A DNA stretch of 60,764 nucleotides, filler included. It is 3 parts of 3 records of this genome, joined end to end, with 100 filler letters (N's around TTAATTAATTAA, not from the genome) between each part and the next. Parts side by side here need not be neighbours in the genome. Positions count along the whole stretch, not along the records: positions 1 to 28,147 come from SRR20825006_467; 2 more parts are not named here. One strand, written 5' to 3'. The translations under genes and the position numbers were made by a program. Positions 1 through 8,288 of the stretch are shown here, piece by piece (positions within the stretch are counted from its first letter, which is position 1; every line of letters begins with the position of its first letter). The notes under the pieces are model-generated. The model had not been told where the DNA came from, did not search any database, and worked only from the letters and a program-made list of their open reading frames with translations.

Positions 1-1
1 T

Positions 2-316
2 GCCGAAGCCTTTTCCATGGCCGACGAAGCCGGTGTAGATCTGGGCAAATTGCGCTCCGCGCTGACCGGCGGCTTTGCGGATTCCGCGATCCTGCAAAAG
101 CACGGCGAACGCATGATCGAACGCAATTTCGAACCAGGTGGCAAGGTCGTGACCCAGCGCAAGGACCTGTATCAGGCGCTTGAATTTTCCGAAGGCGAAC
201 TGGGCCTTGAACTGCCCTTCTCGCGGCTCGCCCTTGAACTTTACGAAGAACTGATCGAAATGGGCGGCGGCGATCTTGACCATTCCGCCCTGATCAAGAT
301 TTACGAAGAAGAATGA
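2..316 (+). CDS. NAD(P)-dependent oxidoreductase, 3-hydroxyisobutyrate dehydrogenase/tartronate semialdehyde reductase family (5'-truncated)
   Basis: C-terminal motifs GGFADSAILQKHGERM, F.PGG....QRKDL and GDLDHSAL; frame is open from the window start. Confidence 0.85.
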   Translation, partial: AEAFSMADEAGVDLGKLRSALTGGFADSAILQKHGERMIERNFEPGGKVVTQRKDLYQALEFSEGELGLELPFSRLALELYEELIEMGGGDLDHSALIKIYEEE

Positions 317-319
317 CAC

Positions 320-358
320 GCAAAAAGCAGGGTGTCATTGGGCGACCCTGCTTTTTGC
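320..358. terminator. Bidirectional intrinsic terminator
   Basis: GCAAAAAGCAGGGT...ACCCTGCTTTTTGC inverted repeat between convergent genes. Confidence 0.8.
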
Positions 359-373
359 AAGCCAGGCAGCGCC

Positions 374-910
374 TCATCCTGGCAGATGCGATCCCATTCG
401 GTACAGGTAAAGCATATCCGATCCCGACTGCATCGGGACTTCGCCAAAGGCCTGCCAGCCCGGAATGGCAAAAGCACGTGAAATCACAATCCCGCCCGGT
501 GCCATGCGCTGGTTTAAAACATCGCCGACATCGGCCATCACCCGCGGGTCAAGGAAGCACACCACAACATCCCCCGGATTCTGATCGCGCTTTCTGAAGT
601 CCGCGCGCACCAGCGACAGGTTTTCAAGCTGTGCCAGCCGCGCGCGAATGCGGCTGACCGCATAGGGTAGCGGCGATAACTCAATCCCGGTCACCGTTAT
701 ATCGGGTCGGGCACGCGCGATATTGATCGCCAGATCGCCCCATCCCGATCCGAAATCCGTCACCCGGCAGGGTTCCTTGGGAAGATAGGATATGATTTCG
801 TTGCGTGCCTTGCGACCACTTGGCATCGGCACCGCACGCAACCGGATGGCATAGACCACGATCAGTGCTGTAACGACGCCAAGAATGACGAGGATGGATA
901 ATTCGCTCAT
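374..910 (-). CDS. Class I SAM-dependent methyltransferase with N-terminal membrane anchor
   Basis: Hydrophobic N-terminus, DFGSGWG motif I, GIELS, ADF; ATG at 910 chosen. Confidence 0.8.
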   Translation of the reverse strand: MSELSILVILGVVTALIVVYAIRLRAVPMPSGRKARNEIISYLPKEPCRVTDFGSGWGDLAINIARARPDITVTGIELSPLPYAVSRIRARLAQLENLSLVRADFRKRDQNPGDVVVCFLDPRVMADVGDVLNQRMAPGGIVISRAFAIPGWQAFGEVPMQSGSDMLYLYRMGSHLPG

Positions 911-1020
911 GGGCCTGCTAACCAATCTTTCTGATCTGTGCTAGGTTGGTGTCTTACTCCTGCCACAGGGCATTGTCCCCGGCAAGTTTTCACCCATCCA
1001 AGCGGGACAACCATCGCGCC

Positions 1021-1236
1021 ATGAGCCAAGACGCAAGCAACCGTATCGACGAACTCGAAATCCACATCGCCCATCTCGAAAGCTCGATACATGACATGTC
1101 CGACATGATCAAATCACAGTGGGACCGGATCGACCTGCTGGAACGGCGCAACAAATTAATGGCCGAAGATATAAAACGGCTTGTCGATTTTCTGCGTACA
1201 TCACCAGAAGATGATGCACCTCCGCCTCATTATTAA
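1021..1236 (+). CDS. slyX: SlyX family protein
   Basis: RIDELEIHIAHLE coiled coil and diagnostic C-terminal PPPHY. Confidence 0.9.
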   Translation: MSQDASNRIDELEIHIAHLESSIHDMSDMIKSQWDRIDLLERRNKLMAEDIKRLVDFLRTSPEDDAPPPHY

Positions 1237-1269
1237 TGGTGCCATGAACTGGCCCCGCCAACCCCAGAG

Positions 1270-2457
1270 ATGCCCTTGATCAATCCCTATCTCGACATCC
1301 CGGTGTTCGACGATTTCGCCAAGGTTCTTGACCCGTCAATTTATCGCGAACTGCCCGATGACTGGTGGGTTGGCACATCCGATATCGTCGGGTCGACCAA
1401 GGCGGTCGAAGCAGGCCGTTACAAGGAAGTCAATATGGTCGGCGCGTCGGTCATTGCCGCAGCCACCAATGCCATCGGACATTCGGATTTTCCATTCATC
1501 TTTGGCGGGGACGGTGCAGCGATTGCCTGCCCACCCGACAAGGTTCCCGCCGTCCGCGATGCCCTTGCCGCGACCGCCATCTGGGCAAGCGAAGAACTGG
1601 GTTTTGATTTGCGGGTTGCCTTGGTCCGCATCGACGAAATCCGAAAAAGTGGTCACAATGTCCGGGTTGCCCGTTTTCTCGCATCAAAAAAGCTGGCCTA
1701 TGCGGTATTTTCCGGGCGCGGCATTTCCTGGGCCGAAGAACAGATGAAGCAGGGCCATAACCTGATTACACCGGCACCGTCTGGCACGCAGCCCGATCTG
1801 ACAGGACTTTCGTGCCGATGGTCGCCAATCCGGGCCGAGGATGGATGTAAAATCCTGTCACTAATCATGCTGCCCCGCGATGATCGTGCTCGTTTTGACC
1901 GTTGCGCAACCGCCCTGTTTGGCATCCTTGAACAGGACCGTCGTGACAGCAATCCGGTCCCTGAATCCGGTCCCGATTTCCGGATTGGCTGGCAAAGCCT
2001 GCGCCTCGAAGCACTGGCAACACAGGGAACCGAAGGATCAAAACTGCGCGCATGGTGCAAGGCGCTTTTCGTCTCCTGCGTTGCCCTGTTTCTGTTTAAA
2101 ACTGGCCGGAATCTTGGCGATTTCGATCCGGTGCATTATCGCGAACAAACCAAACTCAATACTGATTTCCGACGCTTTGGCGATGGTATCTGGCTGACTG
2201 TCAATTGCACCGCACCACAAACAGAACAAATCGAAACGTTGCTGTCGGATGCCGAAAACAATGGTGATATCTGGTTTGGGATAAAACAGCAGGACGAAGC
2301 GCTGATGACCTGCATCGTTCCCGATATTGCAACGGACTCCCACCTGCATTTCCTAGATGGAGCCGATGGCGGTTACACCGCGGCAGCCAGCATCTGCAAA
2401 GCAAAGATGAAAAAGCTCCCGGCACAACCAGCTCATGCAGAACTCGCATCAACTTAA
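1270..2457 (+). CDS. DUF3095 family protein
   Basis: LPDDWWV..DIVGSTKA, FPFIFGGDGA, DLTGLSCRW, HLHFLDGADGGY motifs. Confidence 0.85.
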   Translation: MPLINPYLDIPVFDDFAKVLDPSIYRELPDDWWVGTSDIVGSTKAVEAGRYKEVNMVGASVIAAATNAIGHSDFPFIFGGDGAAIACPPDKVPAVRDALAATAIWASEELGFDLRVALVRIDEIRKSGHNVRVARFLASKKLAYAVFSGRGISWAEEQMKQGHNLITPAPSGTQPDLTGLSCRWSPIRAEDGCKILSLIMLPRDDRARFDRCATALFGILEQDRRDSNPVPESGPDFRIGWQSLRLEALATQGTEGSKLRAWCKALFVSCVALFLFKTGRNLGDFDPVHYREQTKLNTDFRRFGDGIWLTVNCTAPQTEQIETLLSDAENNGDIWFGIKQQDEALMTCIVPDIATDSHLHFLDGADGGYTAAASICKAKMKKLPAQPAHAELAST

Positions 2458-2465
2458 CGACACCG

Positions 2466-2480
2466 ATGCTTTTCTTGCAT
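2466..2480. promoter_or_regulatory. LysR-type T-N11-A box (probable autoregulation)
   Basis: ATGC-N7-GCAT palindrome just upstream of the LysR gene. Confidence 0.5.
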
Positions 2481-2525
2481 CAATAGCCGATTTGCGCGAT
2501 CCTGAACCATCTTTTGTGACAACAG

Positions 2526-3488
2526 GTGACCGTCATGGATACCCGCGAACTTCAGGCATTGATCGCCGTTGCCGATGAAAAATCCTTTCATGGGGCCGCC
2601 GCCCGCCTTGGCCTTACGCAACCTGCCATCACGCGCCGTATCCAGCGCCTTGAAGAACGCATTGGCGCACAGCTTTTTGACCGGTCCTTAAAGCCGTTAC
2701 AACCCACCCCCGCCGGGCACCGGGCATTGGCCGAAGCCCGCGATCTTTTACGCCGCCTTGATGGTTTCACCGAAAGCATCACCGGCAACAATGCCGTGAC
2801 CGGTCCGTTCCGCCTTGGCGTCAGTCACGGGGCGGCACCGCTTCTGGCGGCGCACGAACTGCGAGATCTACACGCACGTTTTCCCGACATGTCGCTTACA
2901 ATCAAAAGTGGCTGGTCAAGCGAGCTGTTGCCGCTGATGCGGCGGGGCGAAATTGATGCCATGCTGTCGCTGGATGGTCCGCATGGTACAATTGGCAGCA
3001 TTGATGTCCGCGATATTCCGCCAAGTCTGCGTGCCCAAAAACTTCTTGATGATCAGATCGTTGCCATCGGCCCCCGGTCAGCCAGACATCACCCGAAAAA
3101 CATTGCCGAACTGGCCGAACATCCCATGGTCCTGATGCCGGATGGCTGTACTTTCCGGGCACTTGGCAATGCATGGGCGCGCCAGAACGGGGTGCAGTTC
3201 AAATCCGTCCTGGAAGTTTCCGCTCTTGAATTGCAGATCGAAATGGTAGCCGCCGGGGCAGGATACGGCATCATGGCACGGCGGTTCTGCATGCACAGCC
3301 CGGCGACAAACCGCATCCGCATTCTTAATATTCCGGGCATGAATTGGGATATGGGGATCATGCTGATCCGCCGTCAGTCCAACACCGATCTTGATGATAT
3401 CATTGATACCGTTGGCAAAATTGTCGTCGAAGCCGGGGCTATGTCCGATACGCTGCCAGATAATAATGCGCAAATGTTATCCGCATAA
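2526..3488 (+). CDS. LysR family transcriptional regulator
   Basis: wHTH SFHGAAARLGLTQPAITRRIQRLEE; start may be the ATG at 2535. Confidence 0.92.
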   Translation: MTVMDTRELQALIAVADEKSFHGAAARLGLTQPAITRRIQRLEERIGAQLFDRSLKPLQPTPAGHRALAEARDLLRRLDGFTESITGNNAVTGPFRLGVSHGAAPLLAAHELRDLHARFPDMSLTIKSGWSSELLPLMRRGEIDAMLSLDGPHGTIGSIDVRDIPPSLRAQKLLDDQIVAIGPRSARHHPKNIAELAEHPMVLMPDGCTFRALGNAWARQNGVQFKSVLEVSALELQIEMVAAGAGYGIMARRFCMHSPATNRIRILNIPGMNWDMGIMLIRRQSNTDLDDIIDTVGKIVVEAGAMSDTLPDNNAQMLSA

Positions 3489-3502
3489 TAAACCGAATGA
3501 AT
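3466..3502 (+). promoter_or_regulatory. Tandem LysR boxes upstream of the MFS gene
   Basis: ATGC-N7-TTAT-N7-ATAA-N7-GAAT, two T-N11-A boxes 22 bp apart. Confidence 0.45.
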
Positions 3503-3567
3503 TGGACGCATCGCGGCCCTGCGTTCAAATTTGGAACAATTATTGAAATCCGCTCCGGAGTAAACCG

Positions 3568-4797
3568 ATGAGCCCCACTCTTCGCACCGCCAGGTGGTTT
3601 CCCTGGCTTGTTCTTGTCGCTGGCTGTCTTGTCCTGGCGGTCAATCTCGGCATCCGCCCGTCGCTTGGCCTGTTCATCCCCGATATGCTGACCGCCACCG
3701 GCTGGAGTGCCTCGACCTTTGGTCTGGCCTTTGCCATTCAGAACCTGATGTGGGGTGTTGCCGCCCCGATTGCCGGTGCCCTTGCTGATCGCTATGGCAC
3801 CACACGCACACTGATTGGTGGGGCGGCGTTTTATGCGTTGGGCCTGTATCTCATGGGTATTTCGACCTCGCCAATGGAACTGCATCTGACATCGGGATTC
3901 CTGATCGGAGCAGGGGTCGGTGCGACCAGCTTCCCGGTCATTCTGGCCGCCATAAGCCGCGCCTTTCCGCCGAACAAACGCAGCTTCGCCCTTGGTCTGG
4001 CATCCGCCGGGGGATCGGTCGGCCAGTTCGTCATGGCCCCGACAACCCAGTTTCTTAATGACGGTTATGGCTATGTCACCGCCCTTGCAATTCTTGCCGT
4101 CATGTCGATGATCATCGTACCCTTTGCCTTTGCGCTTACCGGCAAGGCCGAGGCCCATGGCCCCAATTCAGGTGGTGCCGATCTTGAACCGACCGGGCTG
4201 GTCGCAGCCTTCGACGAGGCGCGCAAACATCGCGGTTTTCTGCTGCTCAATGCCGGGTTCTTTGTCTGCGGCTTCCATATCGCGGTGATCGCAACCCACC
4301 TGCCAACCTTTACCCAGCTTTGCGGCCTGCCCGGTTCGGTCGCGGCACAGGGGCTTGCGATTGTTGGCCTGTTTAACATCGTTGGCACCCTGACGGCCGG
4401 TTGGGTGGGCGGCAAGTGGCGAAAAAAATGGAGCCTGTCGTTTATTTACGGCATGCGCGCACTGGTCATTCTGCTGTTCATGCTTGCTCCAAAAACCGCC
4501 GAAACCATCTGGCTGTTTTCTGCCCTGATGGGAGCGCTTTGGCTGTCGACGGTGCCGTTGACCAGTGGCATCATCGTGCAGGTTTTCGGCCCGCGCTATA
4601 TGGCGACCCTGTTTGGCATTGTCATGCTTTCCCATCAGATCGGCGCATTCTTTGGCGCATGGATGGGCGGGATCATCTTTGATATGACCGGCAGTTTCGA
4701 TGGCGTCTGGATCGCCTCCATCGCGCTTGGCATCTTTGCCGCCATCGTCCATATGCCAATTGACGACAAAGCCCTTCGGGTCGAAGCCAACGCCTGA
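3568..4797 (+). CDS. MFS transporter
   Basis: About 12 hydrophobic segments, GALADRYG motif A, FFVCGFH. Confidence 0.92.
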   Translation: MSPTLRTARWFPWLVLVAGCLVLAVNLGIRPSLGLFIPDMLTATGWSASTFGLAFAIQNLMWGVAAPIAGALADRYGTTRTLIGGAAFYALGLYLMGISTSPMELHLTSGFLIGAGVGATSFPVILAAISRAFPPNKRSFALGLASAGGSVGQFVMAPTTQFLNDGYGYVTALAILAVMSMIIVPFAFALTGKAEAHGPNSGGADLEPTGLVAAFDEARKHRGFLLLNAGFFVCGFHIAVIATHLPTFTQLCGLPGSVAAQGLAIVGLFNIVGTLTAGWVGGKWRKKWSLSFIYGMRALVILLFMLAPKTAETIWLFSALMGALWLSTVPLTSGIIVQVFGPRYMATLFGIVMLSHQIGAFFGAWMGGIIFDMTGSFDGVWIASIALGIFAAIVHMPIDDKALRVEANA

Positions 4798-4814
4798 TCG
4801 CTGATTATCCGAAC

Positions 4815-4849
4815 AAAGCCGTGACACATATTTTCTGTGTCACGGCTTT
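4815..4849. terminator. Bidirectional terminator hairpin
   Basis: AAAGCCGTGACACA / TGTGTCACGGCTTT perfect 14-bp stem between convergent genes. Confidence 0.8.
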
Positions 4850-4855
4850 CTCCTA

Positions 4856-5779
4856 TCAGACCACCGTAGCAATGATCTTGCCGCGTGCCCGGCCCGATGA
4901 TTGTCGGGCAAAGGCATCGGCAAACTGATCAAGCGGCACGGTCCGGTCGATCAGAACACGCACATTGTTCTCGGTCATCGCCGAAACGACCCGTGCCAGC
5001 CGATCCCCATCAGACATGTGAAACACAAACTGCGCATTGACATTGTGGGCATGTGCCAATGCCTCATCCGGCGGGGCAACAAGCGATAGCAGCCTGCCGC
5101 CGCTTCGCAGAACACCAAACGATTTTTGCTGTGTTTCACCGCCGATGGTGTCAATCACCAGATCAATATCCGAAAGCATTTCTGCAAAATCAGCATGGCG
5201 ATAATCGATCACCTGATCTGCACCCAATGTCTGCGCAATGGCGATCCCGTCCCCGGATGCGGTTGCAATCACGCGTGCGCCTGACGCACGGGCAAACTGG
5301 ATGGCAAAACTGCCTACCCCACCGGCCCCGGCATGGATCAGAACCGTCTGCCCGACACCAAGACCACCCAGCTCAAACAACGCCTGCCACGCCGTTCCCG
5401 CAGCCGTCGGAATGCCTGCGGCGACTTCAAGCGGCATGTCTTCGGGCACCTTCACCAGATAATTCGCCGGAACACAGGCAAACCCGGCTAACGCCCCGCC
5501 CGCAACCGGATCAAGCCGAGCAATAACCTTGTCACCCTTGTGCCAGCCACTCACATTTGCCCCGACCTCCTCGATCATCCCTGCAAGGTCGGATCCGACC
5601 GTGTATCGGAACTCCAGCGGGAAATAGCCCTGCAACACGCCGCTTTGCAATTTAATATCAAGCGGATTAAGAGCTGCTGCTCCCACCCGGACCAGCACGT
5701 CCTCCGGGCCGATTTCCGGTGTAGCAATATCGCGGATGACAGGTGCGGTATTGTAATCATCAAGTCTGACGGCTTTCAT
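4856..5779 (-). CDS. NADP-dependent oxidoreductase, MDR/quinone oxidoreductase family
   Basis: LNPLD, HAGAGGVG, GRARGKI motifs. Confidence 0.9.
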   Translation of the reverse strand: MKAVRLDDYNTAPVIRDIATPEIGPEDVLVRVGAAALNPLDIKLQSGVLQGYFPLEFRYTVGSDLAGMIEEVGANVSGWHKGDKVIARLDPVAGGALAGFACVPANYLVKVPEDMPLEVAAGIPTAAGTAWQALFELGGLGVGQTVLIHAGAGGVGSFAIQFARASGARVIATASGDGIAIAQTLGADQVIDYRHADFAEMLSDIDLVIDTIGGETQQKSFGVLRSGGRLLSLVAPPDEALAHAHNVNAQFVFHMSDGDRLARVVSAMTENNVRVLIDRTVPLDQFADAFARQSSGRARGKIIATVV

Positions 5780-6246
5780 TGCGCGGCCTCCTGATCAGTG
5801 ATTGGCCATGCGCCCACCTGATACAACCAGCCAAGCCAGTCTTCCAGATGCCATGTATGGGTCACCTTGCCGTTTTCGACATAATGAAATTCGTGAATCG
5901 GCATGTGAAAAGCCCTGCCTGTCGGCGCAATCCCGAACCATTCGCCTGAATGCGTGCCGGTGATTTCGGCCCGCACGGCAACCCGGCCCGGTCCGCCAAT
6001 CATTTCGTGGACGATGATTTTCACGTCTGGAAAGGCAGCCTGAAACGCCCTGATCAGGGGCTTCATGCCATCGCGTCCCGGTGCCTGCCCGGGGGCAAGC
6101 GGGATATCCTGCCAGTCGCTGCAAACCGCCTCATCCAAAAGGTCGGCACCTTCGCTAAAAGCCCGATAGAGTACCTCGATGGCCTTGCGATCCGGGTCTG
6201 ATACCCCGGTAATCACAGGCTTATTGATTTGCTCCGTCATTTTCAT
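5776..6246 (-). CDS. SnoaL-like ester cyclase family protein
   Basis: AFPD, GTHSGEWFGIAPTGR, GKVT..W..ED; start at 6246 or 6240. Confidence 0.85.
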   Translation of the reverse strand: MKMTEQINKPVITGVSDPDRKAIEVLYRAFSEGADLLDEAVCSDWQDIPLAPGQAPGRDGMKPLIRAFQAAFPDVKIIVHEMIGGPGRVAVRAEITGTHSGEWFGIAPTGRAFHMPIHEFHYVENGKVTHTWHLEDWLGWLYQVGAWPITDQEAAQ

Positions 6247-6304
6247 TTCCCATTCAGGATTGTTGGATATGGGAAATGCTATCGATCCTCTCGACATAAT
6301 TGAA

Positions 6305-6342
6305 ATCGATATAAGATATATGGCAACATCCATTTCATGGAT
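6305..6342. promoter_or_regulatory. nod-box-like LysR operator in a divergent promoter
   Basis: ATC-N9-TAT (6305-6319) and ATC-N9-GAT (6328-6342), the latter overlapping the LysR start codon. Confidence 0.55.
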
Positions 6343-7245
6343 TTACATGGTATCGACCTCAATCTTATGGTGGCCTTCGACGCGCTGATGAAAGAACGCA
6401 GCGTCACGCGCGCGGGTATCCGCATTGGCCGCACCCAACCGGCCATGAGTGCCGCACTATCGCGGCTGCGCGGATTGCTTAATGATGAACTTTTCATCCG
6501 AAGCCCTGCGGGCTTGCAGCCAACCCCGCGTGCCCTTGATCTTGCCGAACCAATTGGCCATGCGCTGGCCGAAATTCAGCGCACGCTTGAATTCACCCAG
6601 ACGTTTGATCCGACGACGTCAACCGCGACTTTTTCCATAGCACTTTCGGATCATCCGACCTTCAAAGTCCTACCGGTGTTGCTTGATGCGCTGCGTCAGA
6701 AGGCACCGGGCATCACGCTGCGGATCGGTAACTTCACCGCGCGGGATGACGCCATTACCCTGCTTGACGCGGGGGAAGCCGACCTAACGATTGGCGTCTC
6801 CCCCACGGCAAGCGGGCGCATACTGACCCGACCACTGTTTTCGGAAGACTTCGTTTGCGTTCTGCGCCGTGACCACCCAGCAACCAAGGCACCGCTGGAT
6901 CTTGCGGCTTTCCTTTCGCTATCGCATTTGCTGGTATCACCGGAAAATGACCGTTTTGGTCTGGTGGATGCGGCACTGGCAAAAATGGGCCATAAACGCC
7001 GCCTTGCCGTGACCCTGCCAACGATGTACGCCGCCCCGCTTGTGATTGCGCGCTCCGATCTGATCGCGACTCTGATGGCGGGCGTCATTCCAGCGTCTGG
7101 CCAGGCCGATGCTCTTGCCATCCGCCCGCTTCCCTTCGATCTTGATCCGATCGGCTTCACCATGTCCTGGCATCGCCGCAATGATGTCCATCCCGCACAA
7201 CGCTGGCTGCGTGATTTTGTCTCGGGCCTGCCGCTTGATGGATAA
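6337..7245 (+). CDS. LysR family regulator, NodD/MexT-like
   Basis: DLNLMVAFDALMKERSVTRA, QPAMSAALSRLR, WH.R...HPAQRWLR. Confidence 0.92.
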   Translation: MDLHGIDLNLMVAFDALMKERSVTRAGIRIGRTQPAMSAALSRLRGLLNDELFIRSPAGLQPTPRALDLAEPIGHALAEIQRTLEFTQTFDPTTSTATFSIALSDHPTFKVLPVLLDALRQKAPGITLRIGNFTARDDAITLLDAGEADLTIGVSPTASGRILTRPLFSEDFVCVLRRDHPATKAPLDLAAFLSLSHLLVSPENDRFGLVDAALAKMGHKRRLAVTLPTMYAAPLVIARSDLIATLMAGVIPASGQADALAIRPLPFDLDPIGFTMSWHRRNDVHPAQRWLRDFVSGLPLDG

Positions 7246-7323
7246 CAAGACGCCCGGTATCTGCTACACCGCCGACCCAAATCGCCTCTTTCCCGCGGCG
7301 CAGCGTTAAGCTAAAACCCGCTC

Positions 7324-7806
7324 ATGGACAGACCGATTTACATGACCCCCGAAGGGCTCGCAGCCCTTCGCACCGAACTTGATCACCTGTGGAAAAAGGA
7401 ACGGCCCGAAACCGTTGCAGTGGTTTCATGGGCGGCAGGTAATGGCGACCGGTCGGAAAATGGCGATTACATCTATGGCAAGAAGCGCCTGCGCGAAATT
7501 GATCGCCGGGTGCGCTATCTGCGCAAACGGATCGAGGACGCGGTTGTTGTCGACCCGCACGAACAACCCGATCACGGCCGGGTTTTCTTTGGCGCCACGG
7601 TTACATATGTGAATGCGCGGGACGAAGAAGTCACCATCCGCATCGTGGGCGAGGACGAGGCCGAAAGCCTCAAAGGCAGAATAAGCTGGATTTCCCCTGT
7701 CGCCCGCGCCCTGATGAAGGCCGGTGTCGGTGACGTCGTCACGTTGCGCACCCCGGCGGGCGAGGACGAGCTTGAAGTCCTAAAAATCAGCTATCCGACA
7801 GCATAA
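7324..7806 (+). CDS. greB: Transcription elongation factor GreB
   Basis: WAAGNGDRSENGDYIYGKKRLREIDRR, ISWISPVARAL. Confidence 0.95.
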   Translation: MDRPIYMTPEGLAALRTELDHLWKKERPETVAVVSWAAGNGDRSENGDYIYGKKRLREIDRRVRYLRKRIEDAVVVDPHEQPDHGRVFFGATVTYVNARDEEVTIRIVGEDEAESLKGRISWISPVARALMKAGVGDVVTLRTPAGEDELEVLKISYPTA

Positions 7807-8201
7807 CCCGTCGGTTCTGTGACCGCAATTTCATACCCATCCGGATCACGGACAAAAAACTGATGCGTGCCGTCCTCAAGCTCCGTCACCGGCTCTGGCT
7901 TGAACCCGGCATCGTTTAGCGCGTCAAACATGACATCAACATCATTGCATTCCAGATACCAGACCAGCCCGGCAAAGGATGGTCGCATCCGGCGCTCTTC
8001 ATGCGAAACACCGCCATGCGCGGCCAGCATCAAACGGATTCCGGTATCCCCGTCACCTGCCTCCAGCATCGCCCAGACCGGTTGCTCATCCAGATCGGAC
8101 AGGGTACGCGCCACCACCTCAAACCTCAGCAAACGGTAAAACCCGATGCTGCGGTTGATCTCGGCAACGTTTAAAAGCGGTGTGGCGGCTGTGATCATCA
8201 T
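7791..8201 (-). CDS. VOC/glyoxalase family protein
   Basis: PLLNVAEINRSIGFY and FFVRDPDGY motifs. Confidence 0.85.
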   Translation of the reverse strand: MMITAATPLLNVAEINRSIGFYRLLRFEVVARTLSDLDEQPVWAMLEAGDGDTGIRLMLAAHGGVSHEERRMRPSFAGLVWYLECNDVDVMFDALNDAGFKPEPVTELEDGTHQFFVRDPDGYEIAVTEPTGYAVG

Positions 8202-8288
8202 GATCCTGTTAAACGCAAAATCGAGTCACGATTATGCCCGCCTGTGCCACACACGCATAGCCCTACTGCGCCCGACAAGGTCGCCTTC

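Noticed and set aside
7791-7806. Convergent overlap of greB and the VOC gene
   Set aside because: Only 16 bp; such short tail overlaps are common
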